Positions 1 through 10,078 of a stretch of 64,000 bases of DNA are shown here, one piece after another. Made by a program: the position numbers and the translations under genes. This DNA comes from Dictyostelium discoideum (Eukaryota): positions 3,616,001 through 3,680,000 of the forward strand of contig CM000152.2 in the NCBI GenBank assembly GCA_000004695.1. The letters are read 5' to 3'. Numbering within the stretch: the first letter of the stretch is position 1; each line of letters starts with the position of its first letter. The notes under the pieces were generated by a model. The model had not been told where the DNA came from, made no database searches, and saw only the letters and a program-made list of their open reading frames with translations.

Positions 1-102
1 CTTTATTACTTCTGGTGTACTTGAATAATTCGATTTATTACATAGCGATTCCATCATACGAATACATAGAGAGTCTATTTGTTTAATTCCTTCTAAATCC
101 AT
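1..102 (-). CDS. Possible 5' exon of a minus-strand gene that continues beyond the window start (MDLEGIKQIDSLCIRMMESLCNKSNYSSTPEVIK...)
   Basis: Reverse-complement ATG (cat at 100-102) opens a frame that runs off the window edge. No recognisable domain. Confidence 0.2.
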   Translation of the reverse strand, partial: MDLEGIKQIDSLCIRMMESLCNKSNYSSTPEVIK

Positions 103-138
103 CTTGAATGTTTTGTAATAATGATTGGTTTTTTTATT

Positions 139-378
139 TTATAAATTGTTTGTGATATGTTTATATAACCGGAATAATTCTTTGTCTTCTTCACGAAATA
201 GTTCTTCGGAATCTTTATAGTGCAGTCTAAAAAAGCCAGTAAATTTACCTGTTTCGTCATCAAGTATTGGTACGTGTTTTATATTCGATTTCAAATATTG
301 AATTTTTAAAATGAAATTATTTATAGTTGCTACAACTTGTCTATGTGATAAATATATCTCGTCTTCTTCTCCTTGCAT
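139..378 (-). CDS. Hypothetical 79-aa protein, divergent from the HicA-like ORF
   Basis: True ATG (cat at 376-378). Uninterrupted 79-codon frame with non-low-complexity composition. No family recognised. Confidence 0.4.
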   Translation of the reverse strand: MQGEEDEIYLSHRQVVATINNFILKIQYLKSNIKHVPILDDETGKFTGFFRLHYKDSEELFREEDKELFRLYKHITNNL

Positions 379-453
379 GTTTTAAAATGATTTATTTGAA
401 TAATAAAATTGATTTAAAGAAATAAAATATATAGAAATGTATATAAAAAAGAA

Positions 454-642
454 ATGAAATATTCAAGAGTTGAAAAAACCCTCAAAGAAAATGGTTGGGT
501 AATGGAACGTATGAAAGGGGGTCACGCACAATTTAGGAATGATAGTGGTGGATCGACTACTGTTCCGTATAATGGTAATAAAGATATACCAATTGGTACA
601 TTAAAAGCCATCGAAAAACAAACTGGTGTGAGTATTATATAG
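454..642 (+). CDS. HicA/YcfA-family (mRNA interferase toxin-like) small protein, 62 aa
   Basis: ATG at 454. The protein MKYSRVEKTLKENGWVMERMKGGHAQFRNDSGGSTTVPYNGNKDIPIGTLKAIEKQTGVSII matches the HicA pattern along its full length: K..E..K.L...GW...R.KGSH..F.......TTVP....KD.P.GTLK.I.KQ.G. Confidence 0.55.
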   Translation: MKYSRVEKTLKENGWVMERMKGGHAQFRNDSGGSTTVPYNGNKDIPIGTLKAIEKQTGVSII

Positions 643-659
643 TTTATTTATTTATTTAT

Positions 660-914
660 TTAAAAACCAATTATTGTGTTGTATACATCACGGATATTAT
701 GATGTTTATGATTAAAGAACATGGGATTTATGGGACCATGTGAAAATATTTCCTCACGTGTTGGCATTGGTCTCATTTCTGGTTCTGTGATAATGTTGTA
801 GTATTGTTTGAGAATACTATATTCTTTATATGTTTTTACTTCATTTGTTTTTAACATTTGAGCTAGTATCATTTGTGTTTGGAGCGCAGATTTTATTTGA
901 TTATGTGTATCCAT
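660..914 (-). CDS. Hypothetical 84-aa protein
   Basis: The track ORF starts on TTG. The first ATG is at 914 (MDTHNQIKSALQ...). No domain recognised. Confidence 0.25.
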   Translation of the reverse strand: MDTHNQIKSALQTQMILAQMLKTNEVKTYKEYSILKQYYNIITEPEMRPMPTREEIFSHGPINPMFFNHKHHNIRDVYNTIIGF

Positions 915-1046
915 TTCGTTGTTATATGTGTATGTTAAAAACAATAATGATTATGATTTTATATTTTTTTCTTTTTGACTTTTAAACTGTTGTATCAGTG
1001 TAGTATTGTGCTGGTTGAACAGCAACCGTTAATTGTTCTGTTGATG

Positions 1047-1481
1047 TCATACCAGCTGGAGGAAGCGAATATAGACGTAAATTAAGTGGTGTCGCTGAGC
1101 CAAGGGAAAGCACTTTGCAATAGCAGATTTACCGGTAGAGTCAACACAAATGAATGAACAATATGCACTGGTAACCCTGGTTGGAATGGTAGTTGATGTC
1201 CAAGTGAACCCGAGCATCTTATCTGCGTATCCACCGGTGTTTGCTGGTAATGTGAGTGTGGAGAAATATATTGTGACTTGACCTTTCGATCTATTGTACG
1301 CGAAAATGGCACTTAAACCTGGAATTGTTGCGATTGGGGTTGTGTTGTTAATTGATGATATCACATGTACAGTCAAAGATATTTGATGGTATGAGAAGTT
1401 ATCGGAACCAAAAACCTTCCCCGATCGATTTATGATTCTTCCATTGTCTTGTAAAATTAAATCTCCAAATATAGATGTCAT
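1047..1481 (-). CDS. Member A of a small paralogous protein family with N-terminus MTSIFGDLILQDNGRII
   Basis: ATG at 1481. 144 aa. The N-terminal 20 residues are near-identical to the ORFs at 2324 and 2907. Body is Ser/Thr-rich and beta-like. Confidence 0.45.
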   Translation of the reverse strand: MTSIFGDLILQDNGRIINRSGKVFGSDNFSYHQISLTVHVISSINNTTPIATIPGLSAIFAYNRSKGQVTIYFSTLTLPANTGGYADKMLGFTWTSTTIPTRVTSAYCSFICVDSTGKSAIAKCFPLAQRHHLIYVYIRFLQLV

Positions 1482-1622
1482 TCTTTTGTTGTGGTAATAT
1501 GTTGTGTTGTTTTATGTGTAATACGTTTTTCCATTTTAGATTTATTTATTTGTGATTAGTAACTTTCTTTTTGTGTTGGAAGACGATTTTACCCTCGGCT
1601 ATGTATTTGTGTTTTTCAGCTA

Positions 1623-2225
1623 CTATTTTTGATCTCTGATACATTTATCGGGCATCATTTTCAACCAATCATACCATTCTAAATCAAACATTGGTCTAAT
1701 GTTGTCATTAATCATAGCACGAACCACTAACCAATTCAGTGTTGACGAACTATATCCTGGATGGCCGTAACGGCTGTTCGTTATGTGGTTGAATTGGAAG
1801 TCAGAGTATGTTCTGTTGTATAGAATTCCATACAAGAATTTCAACCCTTTCGAACGCTTCGATGTATAGTGTCTTTTATTTCTGAACTTTCCAGTTTCAA
1901 TAAATTTCCATATATCTGGTTTGGTGAATTTTTCCAAAACAGATTTAATATGGTCGTAATTTGGGTGATTGTATATTAATAGTACCCTTGTCTTTAAAAC
2001 ATGTGGGGGATGTCTTGATGTTTTACTGCATGTTTTTAAATGATTAATTACACCTTTATCATCTGGTGGTGCAAGAAACACTAGAATCACTCGCTTTGTC
2101 ACTACACTCCTCCAAACTTTCCAAAATAATACTTCTGATGGTGATGAGACTGGTTTTTTATTTGATGTAAAAGATTCCTCTATCTCTCTCTTTCTTTTAT
2201 TTGTGTCTTTGATTGGTTCGTTCAT
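1623..2225 (-). CDS. Hypothetical 200-aa protein, possibly a glycosyltransferase-like fold (unconfirmed)
   Basis: ATG at 2225. Complex composition (W/Y/H-rich, PPDDKG, LEWYDWLKMMPD). No secure family. Confidence 0.45.
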   Translation of the reverse strand: MNEPIKDTNKRKREIEESFTSNKKPVSSPSEVLFWKVWRSVVTKRVILVFLAPPDDKGVINHLKTCSKTSRHPPHVLKTRVLLIYNHPNYDHIKSVLEKFTKPDIWKFIETGKFRNKRHYTSKRSKGLKFLYGILYNRTYSDFQFNHITNSRYGHPGYSSSTLNWLVVRAMINDNIRPMFDLEWYDWLKMMPDKCIRDQK

Positions 2226-2323
2226 TTGGTAATATAATAATAAATGTAAAGAATCGCAATTGTTTGATTAAATAAATCTAAATTTGATATCGAAAACAAA
2301 CAACACATTATCACATTCAAATT

Positions 2324-2740
2324 ATGACATCTATACATTGTAATTTAGTTTTGCAAGACGGTGGTAGGATCATTAGTAAAGACGGCAGTGCGCAAGCACA
2401 GGGGATCGGCAACAGCGAAATCATCCCATTCACAACAGACGCATTCATAACGTCAACTTTTCCTGACAACCCACCAGTTGGAAGTCCAAAGAGAAAGACA
2501 ATTCAGTGTATCGCTTACAAATACAGAAAAGGACCATCGTCATACACTATTAGGGTCTCAATCCCATCTATTTCTTTTCCAATGGGAGACTATGATGGAC
2601 ACTGTTTGGGTTTTATCCAGCCATCGGCATCATTGGGGATCAAAGTGCGTATTACATACTTTGGGTTCTTTCAATTTACAACTGATACTGGCACAGTAAA
2701 AACAACTAAAAACAGTTCAATTATGAACTATGGGGGATGA
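2324..2740 (+). CDS. Member B of the MTSI[FH]xxLxLQDGGRII paralog family
   Basis: ATG at 2324. 138 aa. N-terminus MTSIHCNLVLQDGGRIISKDGS is conserved with A and C. Confidence 0.45.
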   Translation: MTSIHCNLVLQDGGRIISKDGSAQAQGIGNSEIIPFTTDAFITSTFPDNPPVGSPKRKTIQCIAYKYRKGPSSYTIRVSIPSISFPMGDYDGHCLGFIQPSASLGIKVRITYFGFFQFTTDTGTVKTTKNSSIMNYGG

Positions 2741-2906
2741 TAACATTCCGTATTTCCAATCATCTCTACCGATAACATCATCGGTGCCCGTATCATTCGT
2801 GACAAGTAATTCTGATGGTGTTTTTCCATACACTGGAATATAATGGCCCTTTTTCTAAATAAACAAATAAACACTATATTTTATTACCAAGAACCACAAC
2901 AAAAGA

Positions 2907-3353
2907 ATGACATCTATATTTGGAGATTTAATTTTACAAGATGGAGCTAAAATAATTCGTAGGGACGGTTCATCTTTAATTCCATCTAGAACCATCAGAA
3001 ATGCCACCATTAATATTGGAACCATGACCAATACCTCAACACCTGGTAGTTTGATAACTATACAGGCTGAAGCAACATTTATCATAGACGACGATAAGTA
3101 CGTCGAAATGCTCATAGGTATGAAATTTATACCAACTTCAACACACAATGGGAGAGTCATGGTAATCTCTGGCCTTCCATTAGATTTGGTATCAACAAAA
3201 CCACCAAACGGATCATGTATGGTTACAGGTGACGATAACTATGCAATTATTACAATGGCACATTTCGATAGATGGGTAACTGGTGTACCACAAGCACAGT
3301 TAGCATCAACAATTCCATTATCCGGGTTACCTACAACAACCCATCTTCTTTAA
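2907..3353 (+). CDS. Member C of the paralog family (MTSIFGDLILQDGAKIIRRDGS)
   Basis: ATG at 2907. 148 aa. Same N-terminal motif. Confidence 0.5.
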   Translation: MTSIFGDLILQDGAKIIRRDGSSLIPSRTIRNATINIGTMTNTSTPGSLITIQAEATFIIDDDKYVEMLIGMKFIPTSTHNGRVMVISGLPLDLVSTKPPNGSCMVTGDDNYAIITMAHFDRWVTGVPQAQLASTIPLSGLPTTTHLL

Positions 3354-3483
3354 TACAAAAACTTCAGGGTCTTTTATAAATTATAAATAAAAACTATAAT
3401 CATTATTTTTTAAAAAAATAAGAACCATTATGTGATAAAGCGTTATTAAATATATGTTATTATTTATTTTTTTTATTGTATTT

Positions 3484-3738
3484 TTATTTTTGAAAGTAAC
3501 CACCACATAATGTAATTTGTGGTGTGATATCTTTTGACGGTGGTGAACCATCTTCTGGCCATATATTTAATATTGATCTGTAAATGGCCGATGTTTGTAG
3601 ATATGATTCTTGCTTTGCGATATAGTATAAATGTTTAATCCTTAAATTATCTTCTTCATCAGAGGCATTGTTTTCAGAAGCGATGCAAATTCTTATTAGT
3701 TGTCTTTCTATTTTTAATTCCATTCTATCTGATAGCAT
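3484..3738 (-). CDS. Hypothetical 84-aa protein
   Basis: ATG at 3738 (or 3723). Non-repetitive composition. Confidence 0.3.
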   Translation of the reverse strand: MLSDRMELKIERQLIRICIASENNASDEEDNLRIKHLYYIAKQESYLQTSAIYRSILNIWPEDGSPPSKDITPQITLCGGYFQK

Positions 3739-3875
3739 TCTGTCGCTATCAATAGCCTGTTGATCATTGATTTATTTATATGTATTTGTGTTATTTCATC
3801 TGGTGTGTCTATGTTCATTGTTTGTATTTGTTTGATGTTTTCGATAATAAAAAATTTATTTTATTTATTGGTTTT

Positions 3876-4241
3876 TTATTTTTCGACATTTTCGCAATCA
3901 CTGTCTGAATATTCGTATTCTTCGAACCTTGATTCTTCGCCAATATCAGAATCATCACTATCAGGATCGTAAATATAAGAATGTTCTTCGCAAAGTGGAT
4001 CGTTCTTTTTGTTTGAACACCAATTACCATAAAGATCGGCGATATCCACACCTTTTTTTGATTCTTCTTTGAAACTATCATGTATATACTCCAAACACCC
4101 ACTTACACAACACCTCAAAATGTGGTAGTCACAGTTTGAACATTTGAGTGAATATCTTTCCAACGGATGGTCTGATTGTGTGTGGTGTATAAATATCTGT
4201 TGATTTCTACAGTTTTCGCAATAGGTTTTGAAACAGTGCAT
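3876..4241 (-). CDS. Cys-rich, zinc-finger-like protein with acidic C-terminus, 121 aa
   Basis: ATG at 4241. Motifs CxxxxCxxC...CSNCDYHILRCCVSGC...CEEH, followed by a D/E/S-rich tail. Confidence 0.5.
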   Translation of the reverse strand: MHCFKTYCENCRNQQIFIHHTQSDHPLERYSLKCSNCDYHILRCCVSGCLEYIHDSFKEESKKGVDIADLYGNWCSNKKNDPLCEEHSYIYDPDSDDSDIGEESRFEEYEYSDSDCENVEK

Positions 4242-4538
4242 TTTGAATAATGAATAAAGAAATTACAAATAATTTAAATAAACAAATAAAGATGCACGTC
4301 GAATGGTTGGGTGAAACAAAGAGTGATGAAATATTCAATAAAAGAATGGAAATTATCGAAAAACTCCAGCAGTTACTTTTAACTCAAATCGAAATTGGTT
4401 TGAATATCTAAGAAAACGTAGACCTGCTTTGACCTGTACCATCACTATACTATCACTATATTCTCACTGTAGCGATACTGATCTAGTACAGTAAAAAAAC
4501 TGTGGTTTTTATTTATCAATTTTATAAAAATAAAAAGT

Positions 4539-4739
4539 TTATTTATTATTTATTTTTGTTTGTTTTTTTGGTTGAATTATTGGTTGTTTCTTACCACTTC
4601 TTTCAAGTTTTAATGGTTGTGTATTATCTTTTTTTGAAACACGCTTTCTTTTAGTGTAAATTGTTGGTGGAACACCCTTTGGTAATGTTACTTCTTTGTT
4701 TTCAACACCTTCTTCTTCAACCTGTTTATTGTTTTCCAT
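4539..4739 (-). CDS. Small lysine-rich basic protein, ~66 aa (MENNKQVEEEGVENKEV...)
   Basis: Internal ATG at 4739 is preferred over the track start at 4787, which would add a hydrophobic AT-rich leader. Confidence 0.3.
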   Translation of the reverse strand: MENNKQVEEEGVENKEVTLPKGVPPTIYTKRKRVSKKDNTQPLKLERSGKKQPIIQPKKQTKINNK

Positions 4740-4959
4740 TTGTTGTTTTACATATTTAAAAAAAAACAATAATATATATTTAAACATTGTGTATAATTCG
4801 ATTATAATAATAACAATTGTTATTAGAAAATTTAAATAATTTAATGATTTTGATTATTTTTTATTTTTATTTTACTAAAAAACATGATCCAAATAACACA
4901 GCGTTTGTACAGTACCAGCAATGTATTAATACAGTGATAGTACAGTGTTTGTATAGTGT

Positions 4960-5457
4960 TTATAAGGTTGACACAACGCTATCTTCTATCACTTCTTTAA
5001 CAACGGATTTCACTGTGGATGGTAATGTAATAACAGCGGATGATGGCCAGTATCTGTAAATTACGTAACCCAATGCTGAAATTGCGAGAATACCACCAAC
5101 GATTTGAAGATCACCACGTTTATAAAATGGTACTTCACTAACTAAATTTGCTAGTGGTTGTGATGGCGCTATTATCTCTTTGTTTTCTATTTCACCACCA
5201 TCGATTATCACAACCACTGGCTCTTGTTTTACTTGTGGAAGAGTGTCAAGGTCTATTAAATCGATTACTTCGCCGTCACCAGAAACACCTAATAAATCGA
5301 ATGTTGGTGATAATGATTCGGGTATCGGAATGTTAATTTGTTTTTTCGAAAGATTGGATTTTTTCTCTTTTTTATTTGTGATTGTCTTTGCTACCTTGAT
5401 TCTTGTCTTTACCTCTTTTACATTTATATTTTCTGGGTTGATAATAAGTTTTGACAT
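4960..5457 (-). CDS. Hypothetical single-pass membrane protein, 165 aa
   Basis: ATG at 5457. Predicted TM helix LQIVGGILAISALGYVIYRYW near the C-terminus. Confidence 0.4.
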   Translation of the reverse strand: MSKLIINPENINVKEVKTRIKVAKTITNKKEKKSNLSKKQINIPIPESLSPTFDLLGVSGDGEVIDLIDLDTLPQVKQEPVVVIIDGGEIENKEIIAPSQPLANLVSEVPFYKRGDLQIVGGILAISALGYVIYRYWPSSAVITLPSTVKSVVKEVIEDSVVSTL

Positions 5458-5518
5458 TTTTATTTAAATGATTATACTCATTTTATTTATTTGTTTACAA
5501 GTTTGTATTTTGAGATTT

Positions 5519-6345
5519 TTATTTATATTTTTTATCAATAAGTTCTTTGATGGAAAGTGACTCAGAATCATTGATTTCTGGTATTGTGAAATCATAACGA
5601 TTATACTTGAATGCAATGAACTCTTCTTGACTCTTGAATATTACTTTACCACGACTTGCTCTAGAGAATGTTAGATATCTTAACCAACTAACTGGTGCGT
5701 TGTTTTTTGCCAACCAACAATGAAAGTATCGTGTAGATGATAAATAAACCTCCAAAAGAAATGATTCAACACCATCATCGGTACGAGGAAAGAGAACATT
5801 GAACGATCTTAAATTAATAGCAGATCGAGTTTATTTGGGTCATGATAAATTGGTTTTGAAAGCGAGAACACTCTAGCATTAATACCACCAAGATTTGTTA
5901 CATTTTCGGCAGAGTTTTTCGAAACACTAGTTGGTAATGGATCAAAAGCATGTTCCCATATTTCTTCTATTTCAGATTCTCCTTCTGGTTCGGAAATTTG
6001 TAGTGTATCGTTATTATGTTGAGAGTTATCGATTTCATCATCTTCCTCATTGGATTTTATAGGTGATTGGATCGTTGCTGCGCTGGTAGATGTGGCTGTA
6101 GTTGTAGTGGTTTTGGTTGGTGACCGGTAATCGTCGTGTTTCTGTTCGTCTTCTTCTTTATCTTTTGATTGTTGTTGTAAGAGTTCTTTTAGCTGTTGTT
6201 GTTTAAGTTGACGTAGTTGGTTTTGTTGATGATAGTGTTGTTCCATTTCAAGTTGTTTTGATATGTGGTGTTGTTGATTTGGTGGTGGTGAAAGGAATGA
6301 AATTGGTGATGAATAATGTTGGTGTGTTGGAGTCATTATCTCCAT
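5519..6345 (-). CDS. Gln-rich protein whose C-terminal ~78 aa continue in a +1 frame; either frameshifted or mis-spliced
   Basis: Frame 1 (5809-6345) stops at TAA. A second frame (5519-5755) opens at the same point and overlaps it by ~20 nt, and no GT..AG intron fits. Confidence 0.3.
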
Positions 6346-6538
6346 TGGTTGGTATGATTTATCTCTATTGTCTATTATTTCTTTGTAGATTCTATTTTCA
6401 ATTTTAGCTACATTATACTTTTTCTTTAAAACACATCGTGTTTTATTTTTTTTTTTTTCAAATACCAATTTAATTCTAACTTTAAATATAAAAAAACAAT
6501 GATGTTCCTATATTAAGAAACAATGTTATTTATTATTT

Positions 6539-6576
<38 letters not shown>

Positions 6577-6777
6577 AGTGTGTCTTGCATGTTTATATAC
6601 AACATTTTTTTTATTATTTTATTTTAAAAAAAAAAGCGGAACTGAAATATTTGGAAATGGTTTTTCTAAAAATAGAATTTTTTGATCGGCCAAAAATGAA
6701 AAATAATTACATCATTACAATAAAATGGGAAAATAATGAGAAAACAATAGAGATTTGTAAAAATTAATACTAAAATT

Positions 6778-6818
<41 letters not shown>

Positions 6819-7223
6819 TAATCCAAGTGTGGGAAGTTTTATATTATTAAATTTACAGATAATGCAATACCACTCTTTTTTTTTTTTTATTTGGGTGTGA
6901 TAAATAAAAAACAAAAATAAAAATAAAAAAAAAACAAATGGTGGTGATTGATTGTGTGCTGTTTTCTTAAAAAATAAATAAATAAAAAAAAAAATTTAAA
7001 AATAAAAATATACTTTTTGAAATTACATATTGACACAATGATATAAATAATTTTTTTTTTTTCATTATTATTTTTATTTTTTTGTTCACTCAAAAACATC
7101 TCTATTTTATTTTATAAAAGCTACACATTGTAAATCCAAATTTTTATTACCTTTCAAGTAAATATTATTTTTTATTTTAGTTTTAAAAATATATTTTATT
7201 AACCTTTTTTTATCTTTTTTTTC

Positions 7224-7256
<33 letters not shown>

Positions 7257-7267
7257 TCTTATAAAGA

Positions 7268-7624
7268 ATGGAAAACCCATTCAATTCCAATACCCATAAT
7301 AATTATAATTATAATAATTATAATAATAATAATTATAATAATAATAATAATTATTATAATAATAATTATAATAATAATTCAAATAATAATAGAATCTCAA
7401 TTAATGACATTTTAAATGAAGGCACTGCGCCAACAACTAAATCAATTTGCCAAAACCAAATCCATGGTCCTCCATCTAAAATTATTACAAAAGTTTTGGA
7501 TTCTAAACCACCAAGGGAAGTTGTTTCACATGATAATCATTTTAATCAACCAAATAATTTAGATAACTGTTCTTTCCAAATTACAAAAGAGGTAATTAAA
7601 ATATTTAAATCAATAATTAAATAA
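7268..7624 (+). CDS. Probable first exon of a poly-Asn protein (MENPFNSNTHNNYNYNN...ITKE)
   Basis: ATG at 7268. Ends ...ACAAAAGAG|gtaatt. Downstream, 7680-7940 resembles the C-terminal exon of the gene at 63412-63858 but carries an in-frame TGA. Confidence 0.3.
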   Translation: MENPFNSNTHNNYNYNNYNNNNYNNNNNYYNNNYNNNSNNNRISINDILNEGTAPTTKSICQNQIHGPPSKIITKVLDSKPPREVVSHDNHFNQPNNLDNCSFQITKEVIKIFKSIIK

Positions 7625-7679
7625 AAAAAAAAAAAAAAAAAACCTTAAATATAATACTAATTTTGGGTGAATATAACAT

Positions 7680-7704
7680 GATAAAGTCCTATAATAATAA
7701 TTAA

Positions 7705-7739
<35 letters not shown>

Positions 7740-7940
7740 TATTTATATTGATAATGATAATAGTAATAATAATAATTTTAATTGTTATAATTCAATATAT
7801 TTTGAAATCGATAATGATACAACAAATAAAACTGAAATCTGTAATAATTATTATTGAATAAATAATAATTGTGACTTGTGTGTTGGTAGTAAATACTTGC
7901 AAAGATTGTGTTACAAGAAATTAAACATTCCTGTTTCCTA
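7680..7940 (+). pseudogene. Degenerate copy of the C-terminal Cys-motif region of the poly-Asn gene at 63412-63858
   Basis: Translates to ...NNNNFNCYNSIYFEIDNDTTNKTEICNNYY*INNNCDLCVGSKYLQRLCYKKLNIPVS, versus FNCYNSIDFEIDNNDTRNKIEMCNNYYCKNNNCDLCVGSKYLQRLCYKKLNIPVS on the minus strand at 63412. Confidence 0.45.
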
Positions 7941-8060
7941 ACTGCAAGAAAAAAAAACTCTATTTTTACCTGGACTGCTTGGTGAAATTTTTCACTTCCC
8001 ACTTGGCAAAAAAAAAAATCCAAATCAAATCAAATCAAATAAAATCAAATCAAATCAAAT
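7941..8060 (+). repeat. Flank repeat shared, inverted, with 63300-63420. Ends in (CAAAT)n.
   Basis: cattcctgtttcctaac...aaactctatttttacctg...cttggtgaaa.tttttcacttcccacttggcaaaaaaaaaatccaaa.caaatcaaatcaaat is present at both loci. Confidence 0.55.
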
Positions 8061-8184
8061 CAAATAAAATAAAATTAAATCAAATCATTCATTATTAAAT
8101 AAAGTAATAATAAAAATAAAAATAAATAAAAATAAATAAAATATTAATTTACCACAAACAAAATCTTTTTTTTTTTTTTTTTTT

Positions 8185-8330
8185 ATTATTTGTTTGTGTA
8201 TTTGTGAAAAAAAACCAAAGAAGTATAATAAAATCATTTTTTACAACATCATTGATTATTTTATGTATACCAAACAATAACACTATGGGATTTTTAACAC
8301 TTATTTATAAAAACAAATTCGCAGTGAGTT
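8185..8330 (+). repeat. Dispersed repeat fragment. The inverted copy lies at 56040-56200.
   Basis: tgtttgtgtatttgt.aaaa.aaaaccaaagaagt.t.ataaaatcatt.ttaacaacatcattgattatttt...ataccaaa.aataacactatgggattttta is shared by the two loci. Confidence 0.45.
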
Positions 8331-8483
8331 TTCACTCTAAAATGCACTGTTTAAATACCCTAGATTTTTTTTTTTTATTTTTTATAATTATAAAACAATC
8401 TATTTAACCAAAAAAAAACTAATTTTAAATAGTCAAAATTAAATAATAATTTTCTTTTAAGTTTGGCGCCAAATTTTTTTTTT

Positions 8484-8735
8484 TTACATGGTACAGTGTG
8501 ATACACCATCACCTGAATCCATAACGATACCAGTGGTACGACCAGATTCATATAATGATAATACATCTTGAATGGCGACATACATAGCTCGAGTGGTGAA
8601 AGTTTCAAACATAATTTGGGTCATCTTTTCTCTATTTGCTTTTGGATTTAATGGTGCTTCAGTTAAGAGAACTGGACGCTCTTCTGGTACAACACGTAAT
8701 TCGTTGTAGAAAGTATGATTTAATAACAATAACAA
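8484..8735 (-). pseudogene. Actin gene fragment (residues ~88-170)
   Basis: Translation [74 protein letters not shown] is canonical actin. It lacks the N- and C-terminal parts. Confidence 0.7.
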
Positions 8736-9000
8736 TAATAATTATCTACATTTTTAAATCTTCACAAACTATGAACTCATTTCTTTTAATTATTGTTTTT
8801 TTTTTTTTTTTAATTATTGTTTTTGCTAAAATACCAATTACTATTATTATTACTATTACTATTACTATTACTATTACTATTACTATTACTATTACTATTA
8901 CAATTCGATTGGTGTTATAATCTGAAGTTTATTAAATTTCTATTTGAATCCATAACCTATTCTTATTTTGTAACTGATTCAGGTTTGGAACATTATTAAA
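8736..9000 (+). repeat. Flank of the actin fragment, containing (ATTACT)n at 8836-8906. An inverted copy lies at 59480-59790.
   Basis: aactctattttaataatgttccaaac...ataggttatggattcaaatagaaa.ttaataaacttcagattataacaccaat.gaat is present in reverse complement at 59486-59600. Confidence 0.5.
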
Positions 9001-10047
9001 ATAGAGTTTGTGAAGTTAAATAATTTATCGCTGAAGTTGTAGTTCAAATCTGACAACCAAAATTTATATTTTTTTTTAATTTTTTATTAGTTTTTTAACA
9101 TCGATTTAATTTTATTTATTTTTAATATGAATTTAATATAGATAAATAGACCATGATTAGATTGATTCGTTTTATGGTTGTCAAATTTTTTTATTTTGTT
9201 AACGTTGTGATACTTTTTTTTTTTTTTTTTAGGTTTCTTGTTCTTTTTATAAATTTTTTTTTATTTATTTCAATTTCCAGAATTTTATTTTTTCAACAAA
9301 AATAGGATTCACTCCAATAAAATATATTTTTTAAAAATATATATTTCTTAATTCTTACAATTAATAAGTTGAAAAAAAAATTAAAAATTAAAAATTAAAT
9401 CCAAATAAAAACTATTTTTAGAAATAAAAAAAATAAAAATAAAAATTAAATAATTAAGATTAAAAATTAAAAACACAAAAAAAATTTATACTTTTTTTAA
9501 TTTTTCTTTTTTTAATTATTTTAAATAATTTAAAAAATAATTTTGAATGTGACCAACACTTGGTCCCGTTGATGTTGCTGTTTTTGCTATTAATTTTGAT
9601 TTATTTTTTTTATTTTTTTTAAAGTTTATTTAAAATTTCCTCATTTATGTTTATCACTTTTATTTTTTTTTTTTACATATAATTTTTTTTTTCAAGAGAA
9701 GTAATTTATTTTTTTTTTTATATCTAAAAACTAGGAAAAAATATTAAAAAATAAAAATAAAAAAATCTTTTTAATTAAAAATATTTATTCGGTCATTCAT
9801 TTTTCTTTTTTTTTTTTAAAAAAAAAACAATAAATAAATAAAGGAAAAAAAGAAATTTATAAAACTTAAAAAAAAAAAGTAAAAAAGTTTTTTTTGGAAT
9901 TTATTTTTTTTTTTTTATATTTATAATTCAACAACAATAATCAAAATCAACAACATAATGTCTAAATGATCAAATAATTCTCTGGGTGAAGATATGGTCA
10001 ACCAAAATATAAAACAAGTAAAAAAAGTTCAATATAGATGTAAGTTG

Positions 10048-10078
<31 letters not shown>

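Noticed and set aside
454-642. HicA-like ORF as bacterial contamination or a chimeric contig
   Set aside because: Flanking sequence on both sides is continuous, AT-rich, Dictyostelium-like DNA, and the ORF uses host-typical codons. It is kept as a finding but with a resequencing caveat.
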